NCBI GenBank assembly: GCA_963764165.1
Contig: CAVXRD010000001.1
Span: forward strand, 672,001-736,000
Source of the DNA: an uncultured Verrucomicrobiae bacterium
Lineage (GTDB): Bacteria; Verrucomicrobiota; Verrucomicrobiia; Limisphaerales; Palsa-1400
Reading direction: 5' to 3'
Length of the DNA: 64,000 nucleotides
Position numbers and translations under genes: made by a program. Shown piece by piece: positions 38,582 to 48,788 of this stretch. The notes under the pieces are model-generated. The model ran no database searches, was not told where the DNA came from, and saw nothing but the letters and a program-made list of their open reading frames with translations. Numbering within the stretch: position 1 is the first letter of the stretch; the number at the start of each line of letters is the position of its first letter.

Positions 38582-39937
38582 CTAGGCCGCCTGCAAATTT
38601 TTGCGCGGGTCGGTCGCGCTGATGATCACGCTTACGGCTTTTTGATTGAAGCCTTTGAACCCGCCACGCCGCTGCAGGTTTTCGAGATGGCTTCCGATCG
38701 CGCCTTCTCGCTGGAACTTGTCCGCCTGCTCCGGCGTGATCAATCCCGCCGCCCGCAATTTTTCAACGCGCTCCGGCGAAACGGGCCAGCGTTCGCCTTC
38801 AGTGAACGCCTGCCGCAGAAATTCAAAATTGGAGAAGGGCTTCATCGTCTTGATCCCCTGCCCTTCCAGCTGCGCGCGCAGTTGATCGAAATCAAAGCGG
38901 GCCTCCAGATGGTGCATGCCAGCCTCTAGAATGCTTTCGCCGTGCAGGCCGCACCACAACCCCACCGTGCCAAGCGATTTTCCCGGCGCGAGGCGCTGGG
39001 TCGAGAAATCAATCTCCGTTTCCTCCGGGCGCAAGTCGACATCGGCAAAAACAACAACGCCAGTCGTCGGCTGCTCGGATATTTGCGCGCCCCAGCCCGC
39101 TTCCGCGCCGGCATAATAACGCTCGCGCTTGGTGAAACCGAGTTTCACCAGAAGTTCAATCGCATCGACGAAGTGCTCGCGTGAGCAGCGGAAGGTGTGA
39201 TGGTCGTGATTGCCCCAGCCGAGGCCGAGAATGTCCTGGCGGCGCTTTTGCAGTTGCGCGGCGCGGTTGCGGCTTTCCCAATAGCGGCGCTCTTCCTGAA
39301 AATAGTAATGACACGACAAATCCGGCCCGACCAGTTCCAGCGAACGCGCCAGACTCCGCCAGAGCGCCTCAATGCCCTCGGCTGAAGTCGCGCAGCGGCG
39401 GCGGCGCGCGCGCCAAAGATCCTGCGCTTCCACCATCTTTTCCAACTGGCCCGGCGCCGGGGGAGCCACCACAAAGCCGCGGTAAGCATTGCGTTCCACC
39501 GCTTCGAGAGCCACGCCGCCTTCCGAATTGATTTTGACACGGCGCAAACGCGACAGAGGAGCGCCTTCAATGGGCGACGGGAGCGAGTGGGCGGCAACGA
39601 AATCAGCCACGAACTCCGGGCGCAGGGAGATCATCATCTCGCCTTGTTTTGCGCCGAGAATGACGCGGGGAAGAGTCGCGCGCGGATGGTGCAGCACAGT
39701 CTGTCCGCCGGCAATTTCCACATTATCCTCGACCATTCCAACGGCGCGCAACGCTGGTTCATCGTCGGCGCTCAGAGTGGCGTGGTCGATCCATTCAAAG
39801 AAATCCGTCCCAGTCTCCGTGCGCATGCGGGCGGCCAGATCGCGCGCGAAGCTGTTGCGCGCCAAAAATTCGTCCATGCGGAGCCGCAAATAAGTTTCCG
39901 CCTCAAACGCCAGGGGCCAGTCAAACCGATCATTCAT
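38582..39937 (-). CDS. Uncharacterised VOC-fold, DUF1338/HPPD-like metalloenzyme
   Basis: NHDHHTFR, GMHHLEAR, SHLENLQRRGGFKGFNQ. Start at 39937 chosen; the ORF-track N-terminal extension looks non-coding. Confidence 0.7.
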   Translation of the reverse strand: MNDRFDWPLAFEAETYLRLRMDEFLARNSFARDLAARMRTETGTDFFEWIDHATLSADDEPALRAVGMVEDNVEIAGGQTVLHHPRATLPRVILGAKQGEMMISLRPEFVADFVAAHSLPSPIEGAPLSRLRRVKINSEGGVALEAVERNAYRGFVVAPPAPGQLEKMVEAQDLWRARRRRCATSAEGIEALWRSLARSLELVGPDLSCHYYFQEERRYWESRNRAAQLQKRRQDILGLGWGNHDHHTFRCSREHFVDAIELLVKLGFTKRERYYAGAEAGWGAQISEQPTTGVVVFADVDLRPEETEIDFSTQRLAPGKSLGTVGLWCGLHGESILEAGMHHLEARFDFDQLRAQLEGQGIKTMKPFSNFEFLRQAFTEGERWPVSPERVEKLRAAGLITPEQADKFQREGAIGSHLENLQRRGGFKGFNQKAVSVIISATDPRKNLQAA

Positions 39938-40100
39938 AGGAATAGATGTTACCGTGAAACCATAAAAGACCGCGGGCGGGAACGCAAATGAAACGTCGGC
40001 CCATAAGCGGGCGTGATTAAGAATGGGTGAGGCGCAAGCGAGATTGCCGAGGGTTGGCTTTGAGCGGAGCCGGCTGTGCCAGGCCCAGCGACCCGGCATT

Positions 40101-40134
40101 AAGAGAAGCAGGCTCCGCCGTGACGCGAAGCCTG
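40101..40134 (-). terminator. Probable intrinsic terminator
   Basis: Minus-strand stem CAGGCTTCGC-GTCACG-GCGGAGCCTG (10 bp, one G-U) followed by CTTCTCTT. Confidence 0.45.
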
Positions 40135-40226
40135 AATGAGATAGGTGCTTTGAGCAGCCGAGCAAGTTTGAGCTGCTTGCTTCGCCGCCGAGGGTGCTAG
40201 CGTTTAACGCCTGGCTGGAGCCGTGC

Positions 40227-40385
40227 TTAATTCGACGAGCCGCGGCGGCCAAAATGAAAGCCTGTTTCGTCCTCGTAACCTTCACGAATCACGAGGGTTT
40301 CACGAAGTTTGGCCGCCATTGCTGCGATGGCTACCAAGATCATCGCCAGAAGCGATACAGACTCTTTATTGGCATGCGTATCCAT
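40227..40385 (-). CDS. Small membrane protein (52 aa) with GYEDETGFHFG motif
   Basis: MDTHANKESVSLLAMILVAIAAMAAKLRETLVIREGYEDETGFHFGRRGSSN; hydrophobic stretch; sigma54 promoter directly upstream. Confidence 0.75.
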   Translation of the reverse strand: MDTHANKESVSLLAMILVAIAAMAAKLRETLVIREGYEDETGFHFGRRGSSN

Positions 40386-40397
40386 ACTGCTTTCCAT

Positions 40398-40413
40398 AGC
40401 AATCCAAATGCCA
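40398..40413 (-). promoter_or_regulatory. Sigma54 (-24/-12) promoter
   Basis: Minus strand TGGCAT-TTGGA-TTGCT against consensus TGGCAC-N5-TTGCW. Confidence 0.75.
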
Positions 40414-40610
40414 ATGGGATCAAGGCCCAAAATTCACTGGCAACAGACCTGAGAGCCCGCCAGCCGCGTATCTGGCCGAGACAGCTTTCTTTGACAGCAT
40501 GCCCAATCTTGGGACATCGATCGGCCAAGGCAGGGGACGCCGCGGCGAGGCGTCGCTATCATGCGAAACGATTGTATCGCTTTTTTATTTCGCCTTATTA
40601 ATATGCTCAA

Positions 40611-41342
40611 ATGGGACGTCAATGGCTCCATGCAAAACGGTTGGTCGCCGGCCTGAAGAAGGGCCGCACCACAGCGAAACTTGTCCGCGAAATTTCAGTC
40701 GCCGCCAAAATGAGCGGACCCGACCCGGACATGAATCCGCGCCTTTTCGCCGCCATCGAGAAGGCCAAGAAGGAAAGCGTCAACCGCGAAGCCATTGATC
40801 GCGCCATCAAAAAAGGAGCCGGCATCGGCGCCGAGAAATTAATCGTCGAGCACGTCGTGTTTGAAGGTTACGCCCCTCACAAAGTTCCCATAATCGTCGA
40901 AGCCTACACCGACAACGTCAATCGCACCGCGCCGGAAGTTCGCATGCTCTTTAAGAAAGGGCAGCTTGGAGTGGCTGGCGCGAATAAGTTCCTGTTTGAC
41001 CACGCCGGTCTTGTCGAAGCGCACCATCCTGATGCCAAGACCGACTTGGAAACCGCCGCCATTGAGGCTGGGGCGAACGAGTTTGAACCGCTGTCCCATG
41101 AGCAAAATGACGATATTCCCGCAGGCGCGGCCGGAGCTCGTTTTATTTGCGACCGCACGACAGTTCACCAAGTTTCCAAGTGGTTGAGCGCGAATGGTTG
41201 GACTGTGGTAACAAGCGAATTAGGATACGTTCCGAAGAATTTTCCCGAGCTAAACGAGACGCAAAGGGTTGAGGTGGGCGATTTTCTGCAAGCTTTGGAA
41301 GAGCATGACGACGTCCATCGCGTCTGGGCTGCTGTAAAGTGA
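40611..41342 (+). CDS. yebC: YebC/PmpR family protein
   Basis: GPDPDMNPRL, IDRAIKKG, FEGYAP, TDNVNRT, LEEHDDV. Confidence 0.93.
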   Translation: MGRQWLHAKRLVAGLKKGRTTAKLVREISVAAKMSGPDPDMNPRLFAAIEKAKKESVNREAIDRAIKKGAGIGAEKLIVEHVVFEGYAPHKVPIIVEAYTDNVNRTAPEVRMLFKKGQLGVAGANKFLFDHAGLVEAHHPDAKTDLETAAIEAGANEFEPLSHEQNDDIPAGAAGARFICDRTTVHQVSKWLSANGWTVVTSELGYVPKNFPELNETQRVEVGDFLQALEEHDDVHRVWAAVK

Positions 41343-41439
41343 AGCAGTACGCTTTTCAACCAATAATTTCCGCTCTTTATCATTGACTCAGAGGAAGTTG
41401 TATGTCGTGATACGTCCCCATTAAGTCGGTTCGTCTCTA

Positions 41440-44400
41440 ATGACCAAATCTTTTCGCAAGACAAGTGTCGCCAGTGCTTCAGGTAATACCACAAAGTACG
41501 ATGCGCACCACCACGTCTTGGCAAAAGCTTATGGAGCCCAAGCCGACCTGCGACGGGAGCTGTCCGACTCCAAATCCGCCATCGCCGAAAGGACTGAAAT
41601 TCTCAAAATCTTTGCGGATTGCAGCGATCCCCAGCGGGCGTGGCTATTGCTGGAGGATTATTTCGAGAAACTGTCATTGAATCGCAAAGACTTCGGCGCG
41701 CAAGAATGGTGGCAGCGGGTCGTCACGGCGCAGGGCAAGAAGCGCCTGGAAGAAACGGCAATTCTCTTCATGCGGTTTAACCGCCCGCTGCCGACCGAAC
41801 TGCAGCCGCACGCCAACCCGATTCGGTTCGCCGAAATCGAGCAGGCTGAACGCGATCACCGGCTCGTCCAGCAACTGGAGCACTGGCTGTTCCCGGCCTC
41901 TCCTGCCGCGCCGGAAATTCCCCGCGCCTCCATCCGAGTGGCCTGTGAGGTCAAACCGGTCAGCGAAGGCTCGCCGCTCAAAGGGCTCAAGATTTCATTT
42001 TACATCTCCCGCAATCGCACCGGTGAAAAGCATCGGACGGTGGCTGAAGTGGTCGACCTCGCCTCGCGTCCGGCGCATGAGAGGGAGCTGTTTTCTGGCG
42101 GCGATTGGATGTTCATCCAATGGCTGGGCGAAACGCATCCTGATCCGGAAGGCTTGTGGGAATCCCTGTTTTTGAGCGGCTCGGAGCTGTTGCAGTGGCT
42201 CGTGCGCTGGGGCGACCATGGACGGATGCGCGCGGAGGAAACCAACGAGCCGATTGTCTTCGACGGGCAGCTGGCGCACTTGCGTCCGAACCTGGAATCA
42301 ACCGGCGAGCAACTTAGTTTTACACACCGGCTGATTCTTCCCAACGGCGCGTCGCACGCGCTGAATGAGGCGCACTTTTTCGCCGGGCACCCGGCGATGG
42401 CGATGGTGGGAAACACCTTTTACTTGCTGCGAAGCGGGCCGCCGGATGACCTGCTCAATGCCGGTCCGGACAAACGATCCATTCCTGTCAACAAATTAAG
42501 CCATCGGCTGCTGACGCGGCTTCGCAAGACCGAGGCCATAAAAAACATCCAGTGGGATCAATTGTGTGATGTCAATACCGCCCAGCCCCGGTTCATTTTT
42601 GAATTGGTGGATGACGTCGTGCGTTTGCGCCTCGGAGCCAGGTGCGACGACGGAACATTGTGGCATTGGACCAGCCAGGAATGGGAGCGAGACGAGCCGC
42701 GCATTGAAATCAATGCGAAGCCGCGAATCCTGGACGACCCGAGGCTTGAGAAAGCCATCCAATGGCTCAGCCAGCTGGATTGGTTCACTCCCGAACCCGG
42801 CTGCTGGGTCGGCGACGCGAGCGACAATTTCCTGGCCCAAATGGCGGCGGCATGGCCCGACCGCCCCGCGGAAGCGGAATATCTCGGCAATCCCGCTTTT
42901 CACCGATTGTTCCTTGCGCCAACGGCGCTGCGGCCGCGGCTGATGGTGCAAGGCAGCGGGATCGATTGGTTCTCCGTTTCCGCCGCGTGGGAAGCCGAAG
43001 GAATGAAGCTGACGCATGCGGACTTGCTCTGCCTTCAATCCGCAACCGGGCGCTTCATCAAACTGCCCGACGCAGGTTGGATGCAATTGGATTCACAAGC
43101 CGTCCAGAGAGCGCACGAAGCGATGGCCGATCTCGGAATTGAAGGACTGGTTCCTGTTCCGCAACGACTCGGCTTGCAGCAAGCGGCGCATCTTGAGGAG
43201 GAGGGGTTGAAGCGCTTCGGCGATTCTGCCGAGGCAAAAGCGTGGCGGCAGCACCTCGCCGAGTTCCGAGGCATTCCCGCCATGCCCCTGCCCGCCGGCG
43301 TGAAGGCCGAGCTGCGGCCCTACCAGCAAAGCGGATTCGATTTTCTGTGCCACCTCACACAGCACCATCTGGGCGGCATCCTGGCCGACGACATGGGACT
43401 GGGCAAAACGCTGCAAACGCTCGCCTGGCTGGCGTGGCTGAAGGAAACTCAACCCACCGGCAAACCCGCGCTGGTGATCTGCCCGGCTTCCGTGCTTCAC
43501 AACTGGCGGCGCGAGGCGGAACGGTTCACGCCGGATTTGAAGGTGCTCGTTTTGGAGAGCGGCGCGGCCCGCCACAATTTGCGCCGCCGCATTCCCGAGC
43601 ACGATTTGATCGTCACCAATTACGCCCTGCTCCGCCGCGATCTTGAGGCGCTGCAGCAATTCGCTTTCCGTGTCGTCGTGCTGGACGAAGCGCAATTCAT
43701 CAAGAATCCCGACGCGCAGGTGACGATTTCTGTCAAGCAATTGCGCGCCGACCAGCGCCTGGCCCTGACCGGCACGCCGCTGGAAAACCGGCTGCTGGAT
43801 TTGTGGAGCATCGTCGATTTCGTCCAGCCCGGGCATCTTGGCACGCAGCAGAAATTCCGCGAGAAATACGAGCCGGCGGGCCACTCCGACGGCGACGCCC
43901 AGCGCATTGCCCGCCGCCGGATTTCGGCCAAGCTGCGGCCCCTTCTCCTGCGCCGCTTGAAAACCGAAGTGGCGCGCGATTTGCCGGAGCGCATCGAGCA
44001 GCGGCGAGATTGCGACTTGGGCGAATCGCAGCGCAAACTTTACCTCGCGGAATTGCGCCGCAGCCGGGAACAGGTGCTCAGCACTGTCAACGAAACCGGC
44101 GTCAAAGGCAGCACGATGCATGTGCTGGCCGCCCTGACGCGCTTGCGCCAGATTTGCTGCCACCCGGAATTGATCGGCAACGACGCGGCCTCGGGCAAGA
44201 CCGATACGCTGTTCGAATTGCTCGAGCCGCTGCTGGCCGCAAACCACAAAGTTTTGCTCTTCAGCCAATTCGTCCAGATGCTGAAAATCCTGGAGCGCGA
44301 ATGCGCTGCGCGCCATATTCCGACCCACATTCTCACTGGCGAAACGAAGAACCGCCAGGAAGTCACGCAGGCGTTTCATGACGACACGCGCGGGTCGGTC

Positions 44401-44700
44401 TTTCTGTTGAGTTTGCGCGCGGCGGGCACTGGCTTGAACCTGACCACCGCGAGCAACGTCGTGCTTTACGACCCGTGGTGGAATCCGGCCGTTGAAGCGC
44501 AGGCTATTGACCGTTCCCATCGCATCGGCCAGACTCTGACGGTAAATGCGTATCGACTCATCGCGCCGGGCACCGTGGAGGAAAAGATTTGGGAATTGCA
44601 GCAGCGCAAAGCCAAAACGATCGCCGACGTCCTCGGCGAGCAGGGCTTCGCGCGCAATCTCTCCCGCGCCGATCTCGAGTATCTTTTCTCGGAAGATTGA
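41440..44700 (+). CDS. SNF2-family helicase/translocase
   Basis: [59 protein letters not shown]. Confidence 0.95.
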   Translation: MTKSFRKTSVASASGNTTKYDAHHHVLAKAYGAQADLRRELSDSKSAIAERTEILKIFADCSDPQRAWLLLEDYFEKLSLNRKDFGAQEWWQRVVTAQGKKRLEETAILFMRFNRPLPTELQPHANPIRFAEIEQAERDHRLVQQLEHWLFPASPAAPEIPRASIRVACEVKPVSEGSPLKGLKISFYISRNRTGEKHRTVAEVVDLASRPAHERELFSGGDWMFIQWLGETHPDPEGLWESLFLSGSELLQWLVRWGDHGRMRAEETNEPIVFDGQLAHLRPNLESTGEQLSFTHRLILPNGASHALNEAHFFAGHPAMAMVGNTFYLLRSGPPDDLLNAGPDKRSIPVNKLSHRLLTRLRKTEAIKNIQWDQLCDVNTAQPRFIFELVDDVVRLRLGARCDDGTLWHWTSQEWERDEPRIEINAKPRILDDPRLEKAIQWLSQLDWFTPEPGCWVGDASDNFLAQMAAAWPDRPAEAEYLGNPAFHRLFLAPTALRPRLMVQGSGIDWFSVSAAWEAEGMKLTHADLLCLQSATGRFIKLPDAGWMQLDSQAVQRAHEAMADLGIEGLVPVPQRLGLQQAAHLEEEGLKRFGDSAEAKAWRQHLAEFRGIPAMPLPAGVKAELRPYQQSGFDFLCHLTQHHLGGILADDMGLGKTLQTLAWLAWLKETQPTGKPALVICPASVLHNWRREAERFTPDLKVLVLESGAARHNLRRRIPEHDLIVTNYALLRRDLEALQQFAFRVVVLDEAQFIKNPDAQVTISVKQLRADQRLALTGTPLENRLLDLWSIVDFVQPGHLGTQQKFREKYEPAGHSDGDAQRIARRRISAKLRPLLLRRLKTEVARDLPERIEQRRDCDLGESQRKLYLAELRRSREQVLSTVNETGVKGSTMHVLAALTRLRQICCHPELIGNDAASGKTDTLFELLEPLLAANHKVLLFSQFVQMLKILERECAARHIPTHILTGETKNRQEVTQAFHDDTRGSVFLLSLRAAGTGLNLTTASNVVLYDPWWNPAVEAQAIDRSHRIGQTLTVNAYRLIAPGTVEEKIWELQQRKAKTIADVLGEQGFARNLSRADLEYLFSED

Positions 44701-44707
44701 TCGCGGC

Positions 44708-46186
44708 ATGACCACTTCGGCGGCATCGCGCGGCTGGCTGGCGATTTTTATTTTCGCATTTCTTCTTGTCTCGACGCCTGCGCGCGCGCGATCACCGTTG
44801 TCGGAAGCTCTTGATCGGGCGGGGCAATTGCGCGAAAGCGGCGACTTCAAGGGAGCTGCGGCGGTGTTGAGCGCAGCCATGCAAGACCCGGCCATTTCTC
44901 CTCCGGCGCGAAAAGAATTGGAATTCCAGCGCGACGTGCTGCAGCGCATCAAGGGCGATTACTCCATGACCAAGGACGCGCTCTTCGCCAAATTGAAAAA
45001 ATCGGTTCGCGACGGCGCCACGGAGGAATTTGAAAAATGGCTGGCTGATGGCTGGTTCGATAGCCGTGTTATTGACGGCCAAACTTATTTTGTCGATGCG
45101 AGCGTCAGCAATTTATATTTCCGCCATCCCGAGTTAAAAACCCGGCGGATGGATGGCAAGGATGACACCATCGAACAGCAAGGCCGCCTCGCCCTTGCGC
45201 GAGCCATCAAGGACGCCGCCCGCAAAGAGCACAAACCCTACGTTCTGCCTCACCATTTCTTCTGCACGATGGATGTCACCGCCGCGAAGGACGCGGCGCC
45301 CGCCGGGGAACTGATCCGCGCGTGGCTCCCTGTGCCGCGGAAATATCCGTATCAAGATGAATTCAAATTGACAGGAAGTTCATCGCCCATTCTAAATCTC
45401 GCCCCGGAGACCAGCCCGATTCGCTCCGCATTTTTGGAACAGCGCGCGGTCGCGGGGCAGCCGACAAAATTTGAGATCTCGTTTCAATACAAGGAAGACG
45501 GCGTCTTCTTCGATTTGAAACCCGAGGAGATCAAAGCCATCGATCCGCACGATCCCGAGCTGGCGAAATTCGTGGCGGAAGCGCCGCACGTTGTCTTCAC
45601 TGAGAACATCGTGAAGCAGGCGCGCGACATCGCTGGCTCCGAAAAGAATCCGATGCTGGTGGCCAAGGCATTTTTTGATTGGATCGGCGCGAACATCCAA
45701 TACAGCTTCGCCCGCGAGTATTCGACGCTCACCAACATCAGCGATTACTGCCTGACGCACCGCTACGGCGATTGCGGCCAGGAGGCGCTGCTGTTCATCA
45801 CGCTTTGCCGGTCACGCGGCATTCCCGCGCGCTGGCACACGGGCTGGGATACGTATCCGGGTTTTATTGACATCCACGATTGGACTGAAATTTATCTCGC
45901 GCCCTACGGCTGGGTGCCGGTCGATCCGTGGGCTGGAATTTATTCGGCGAGTTATTGCACGAAATTGACCGAGGCCGAGCGTCACGAATTGCACGACTTT
46001 TATTTCGGCGGTTTGGATTACTACCGGATGGCCGCCAACAGCGACCACAGCGCGGAACTTGACCCCCCAAAGAAAACCATGCGCTCGGACGATGTGGATT
46101 TTCAACGCGGCGAACTGGAATGGCAGGGCGGCAACATTTACTTCGACAAGTACAAATACAAAATAAATGTCCAGGAAATGAAATGA
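44708..46186 (+). CDS. Secreted transglutaminase-like protein
   Basis: Signal peptide and Cys-His-Asp triad in GDCGQ, HDWTE, WVPVDP. Confidence 0.9.
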   Translation: MTTSAASRGWLAIFIFAFLLVSTPARARSPLSEALDRAGQLRESGDFKGAAAVLSAAMQDPAISPPARKELEFQRDVLQRIKGDYSMTKDALFAKLKKSVRDGATEEFEKWLADGWFDSRVIDGQTYFVDASVSNLYFRHPELKTRRMDGKDDTIEQQGRLALARAIKDAARKEHKPYVLPHHFFCTMDVTAAKDAAPAGELIRAWLPVPRKYPYQDEFKLTGSSSPILNLAPETSPIRSAFLEQRAVAGQPTKFEISFQYKEDGVFFDLKPEEIKAIDPHDPELAKFVAEAPHVVFTENIVKQARDIAGSEKNPMLVAKAFFDWIGANIQYSFAREYSTLTNISDYCLTHRYGDCGQEALLFITLCRSRGIPARWHTGWDTYPGFIDIHDWTEIYLAPYGWVPVDPWAGIYSASYCTKLTEAERHELHDFYFGGLDYYRMAANSDHSAELDPPKKTMRSDDVDFQRGELEWQGGNIYFDKYKYKINVQEMK

Positions 46187-47001
46187 AGTTCTCCTCCAAA
46201 AAAGCGCTTGATGTATCGGTGAAGGCCGCTCGTGCCGCCGGCAAACTCATGGGCAGCCAAAAGGGCGAGCCGAAAAAGATCAACGAGCAATCGCAACACG
46301 ACATCAAACTCGAATTGGACGTGCGCTGCCAGAAGCTGATCGAAGGCATCCTGCTGAAGGCTTTTCCCGAATCCGCTTTTTTGGGCGAAGAAGGATTGGC
46401 TGGAGAGGCGGGCTCCCCGCTCCGGTGGGTCGTCGATCCCATTGATGGCACAGTTAATTTCACTTACGGGATTCCGCACGCCTGCGTTTCGATTGCGCTG
46501 CAACAGCGCGGTGAAGACGGGAAATTCGCAACTGTCGTTGGCGTCATTTATGATCCATTTTGCGACGAGTTGTGGTCAGCCATTCGCGGGCAGCCGGCGA
46601 AGCTCAATGGCAAAATCATTCACGTCAGCAAACACACGGAATTGGCTGAGTCCATCGTCTCCATCGGCTTTTCCAAAACTGACGACAGCCTCCGTGAAAA
46701 TCTTCCCGTGTTTAATTTGCTTGTCCGGCGCGTCCGCAAGATTCGCATGATGGGAGCGGCGGCGCTCGCATTGACTTACGTCGCCAGCGGAAGATTCGAC
46801 GCTTACATCGAGTCCGGAATATCCCTGTGGGACATTGCCGCGGGCGGCCTAATTTTGGAATGCGCCGGCGGTGAATTTTGGCATCACGAAATTCCCAATT
46901 CTACGAAATTCACCATGATCGCCAACAACGGCCTCCTCCGCGGCAAACTGGAAAAGCTGAAGCGGGAGGCGCACAAGACTCAGCCAAAAACAGGTCACTG
47001 A
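46183..47001 (+). CDS. suhB: Inositol monophosphatase family protein
   Basis: GEE, WVVDPIDGTVNF, WDIAAG. ATGA overlap with the previous gene. Confidence 0.93.
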   Translation: MKFSSKKALDVSVKAARAAGKLMGSQKGEPKKINEQSQHDIKLELDVRCQKLIEGILLKAFPESAFLGEEGLAGEAGSPLRWVVDPIDGTVNFTYGIPHACVSIALQQRGEDGKFATVVGVIYDPFCDELWSAIRGQPAKLNGKIIHVSKHTELAESIVSIGFSKTDDSLRENLPVFNLLVRRVRKIRMMGAAALALTYVASGRFDAYIESGISLWDIAAGGLILECAGGEFWHHEIPNSTKFTMIANNGLLRGKLEKLKREAHKTQPKTGH

Positions 47002-47005
47002 AACA

Positions 47006-47034
47006 TTGAGGGACGGGCAAAGATCGAATAGACT
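47006..47034 (+). promoter_or_regulatory. Sigma70-like promoter, leaderless
   Basis: TTGAGG-17-TAGACT-7-ATG(47042). Confidence 0.6.
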
Positions 47035-47041
47035 TGCGCCA

Positions 47042-48775
47042 ATGCTGACACGACTGCGAATCAGGAATTTTAAGCGGTTTCCCGAGGCAGATATTGAATT
47101 AGGGCGGGCGGTTGTCTTCGTCGGTCAGAACAACTCAGGCAAAACAACCGCCCTTCAATCGCTGGCTTTGTGGAGCGCCGGCCTTCGAAAATGGAATGAA
47201 GCGCACAAGGGAAAGACAGCCCCCTCGAAACGTCCCGGCGTTACCATCAATCGCCGCGACCTTGTCGCCATCCCGGTGCCGAGCGCAAATCTCCTTTGGC
47301 GTAATCTGCGAGTTCGCGACGTCAAGAAGACCGACGCCGGCCAGCAAACCGACGGGATTCGCATCGACATCATTGTTGATGGCGTTCATGAAGGGAAAGA
47401 ATGGTGTTGCGGACTCGAATTCGACTACGCCAATCCAGAATCGTTTTATTGCCGGCCATTGCGCGGCGCCGACGGAAATCCTTCCGACCGAATGCTTGTG
47501 CCACCTCAGGCAGCCGAAACGGCGATAGCCTTTTTGCCGCCGATGTCCGGGATGGCGGCCTCGGAACCGAAGTGGGAAACTGGGCGGATTAACGTGCTGC
47601 TGGGTGAAGGCCAAACGGCGCAAGTGCTGCGCAATCTATGTTACCAACTTTACGAGCGCGGGGAATCCTCCAAAGATTGGAATGAAGTTTCCTCGTATAT
47701 CAAATCCCTTTTTGGCGCGGAGCTGCAGCCTCCGGAATTCATCAAGGAGCGCGGGGAAATCACGATGGCTTACAAGGATTCGGAAGGATCGATCTTGGAT
47801 CTCTCGTGCGCTGGCCGAGGCCTCCAGCAAACGCTTTTGCTGCTGGCTCATCTTTACGCGAACCCAAAGACGGCTCTTTTGCTTGACGAGCCAGACGCCC
47901 ATCTTGAGGTACTCCGCCAGCGGCAAATTTACAAAATACTGACAGACGTGGCGGCCAGCCAGGGATCGCAAATCATCGCGGCGAGCCATTCCGAAGTTGT
48001 CCTAAACGAGGCGGCAAACCGTGACATGGTAATCGCATTCGTGGGTGCACCTCATCGCATCGACGATCGGGGGCATCAGGTTGTCAAAGCGCTAACTGAC
48101 ATTGGATTTGACCAATATTACCAGGCTGAATTAAAAGGCTGGGTCCTCTACCTCGAAGGCTCCACGGACCTCGCCATCCTTCAGGCTTTCGCCCGGACTT
48201 TGGGGCATCCAGCCAGCGCCATTTTGGATCGTCCTTTTGTCCACTACCTGACGACGAACCTTCCCACCCGCGCTCGCGAGCATTTTTTTGGACTTTGCGA
48301 GGCGAAACCAGATTTGATGGGCTTTGCGCTGTTCGACCGGATTGACAAGCCCTTAGCCCGCGACACCGCCTTGGTTGAAACAACGTGGCAGAAGCGGGAA
48401 ATCGAAAATTATCTTTGCATGGAATCTGTCCTGCTTGCCTACGCGCAGAAGGACGACGCAGACGATCTGTTCGCGCGAGCAGAATCCTCTCGTCGAATCC
48501 AGACGATGCGCGAATCCATCAGCGAGATCACCCATGCCATGCAGACTCTCGGCAAGCCCAATCCATGGTCAGCAGATGTCAAAGCGAGCGATGACTTCCT
48601 CAACCCACTATTTGATCTTTATTTTAGAAATCTCCAAATGCCAAACATGCTTCGGAAATCGGGCTACCACCTTCTCGCCAGCCTGGTTACCAAAGAGAAA
48701 ATTGATCCCGAGGTTACTGTGAAACTCGATGGAATTCTCGCCATCGCACAAAAAGCGATTGCTCAGGAAGATTAA
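47042..48775 (+). CDS. ABC/AAA_15 ATPase fused to a TOPRIM-like domain (OLD-family ATP-dependent nuclease-like)
   Basis: LRIRNFKRF, GQNNSGKTT, GRGLQQ, LLLDEPDAHL, ASHS, then LYLEGSTD, LFDR, KREIENY. Confidence 0.85.
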   Translation: MLTRLRIRNFKRFPEADIELGRAVVFVGQNNSGKTTALQSLALWSAGLRKWNEAHKGKTAPSKRPGVTINRRDLVAIPVPSANLLWRNLRVRDVKKTDAGQQTDGIRIDIIVDGVHEGKEWCCGLEFDYANPESFYCRPLRGADGNPSDRMLVPPQAAETAIAFLPPMSGMAASEPKWETGRINVLLGEGQTAQVLRNLCYQLYERGESSKDWNEVSSYIKSLFGAELQPPEFIKERGEITMAYKDSEGSILDLSCAGRGLQQTLLLLAHLYANPKTALLLDEPDAHLEVLRQRQIYKILTDVAASQGSQIIAASHSEVVLNEAANRDMVIAFVGAPHRIDDRGHQVVKALTDIGFDQYYQAELKGWVLYLEGSTDLAILQAFARTLGHPASAILDRPFVHYLTTNLPTRAREHFFGLCEAKPDLMGFALFDRIDKPLARDTALVETTWQKREIENYLCMESVLLAYAQKDDADDLFARAESSRRIQTMRESISEITHAMQTLGKPNPWSADVKASDDFLNPLFDLYFRNLQMPNMLRKSGYHLLASLVTKEKIDPEVTVKLDGILAIAQKAIAQED

Positions 48776-48788
48776 AGCTTCCCGGCGC

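Noticed and set aside
39938..40285. 116-aa N-terminal extension of the 567-aa ORF
   Set aside because: Overlaps the small gene and hairpin region; a TTGCGT-17-TATGGT promoter-like element lies just upstream of ATG 39937.
43093..44952. 619-aa minus-strand ORF
   Set aside because: Antisense shadow of the SNF2 helicase core.
41440..48775. SNF2 helicase plus ATPase-TOPRIM as one defence system
   Set aside because: They are separated by unrelated transglutaminase and suhB genes; no methylase or other defence genes; the SNF2 gene has host-like codons.
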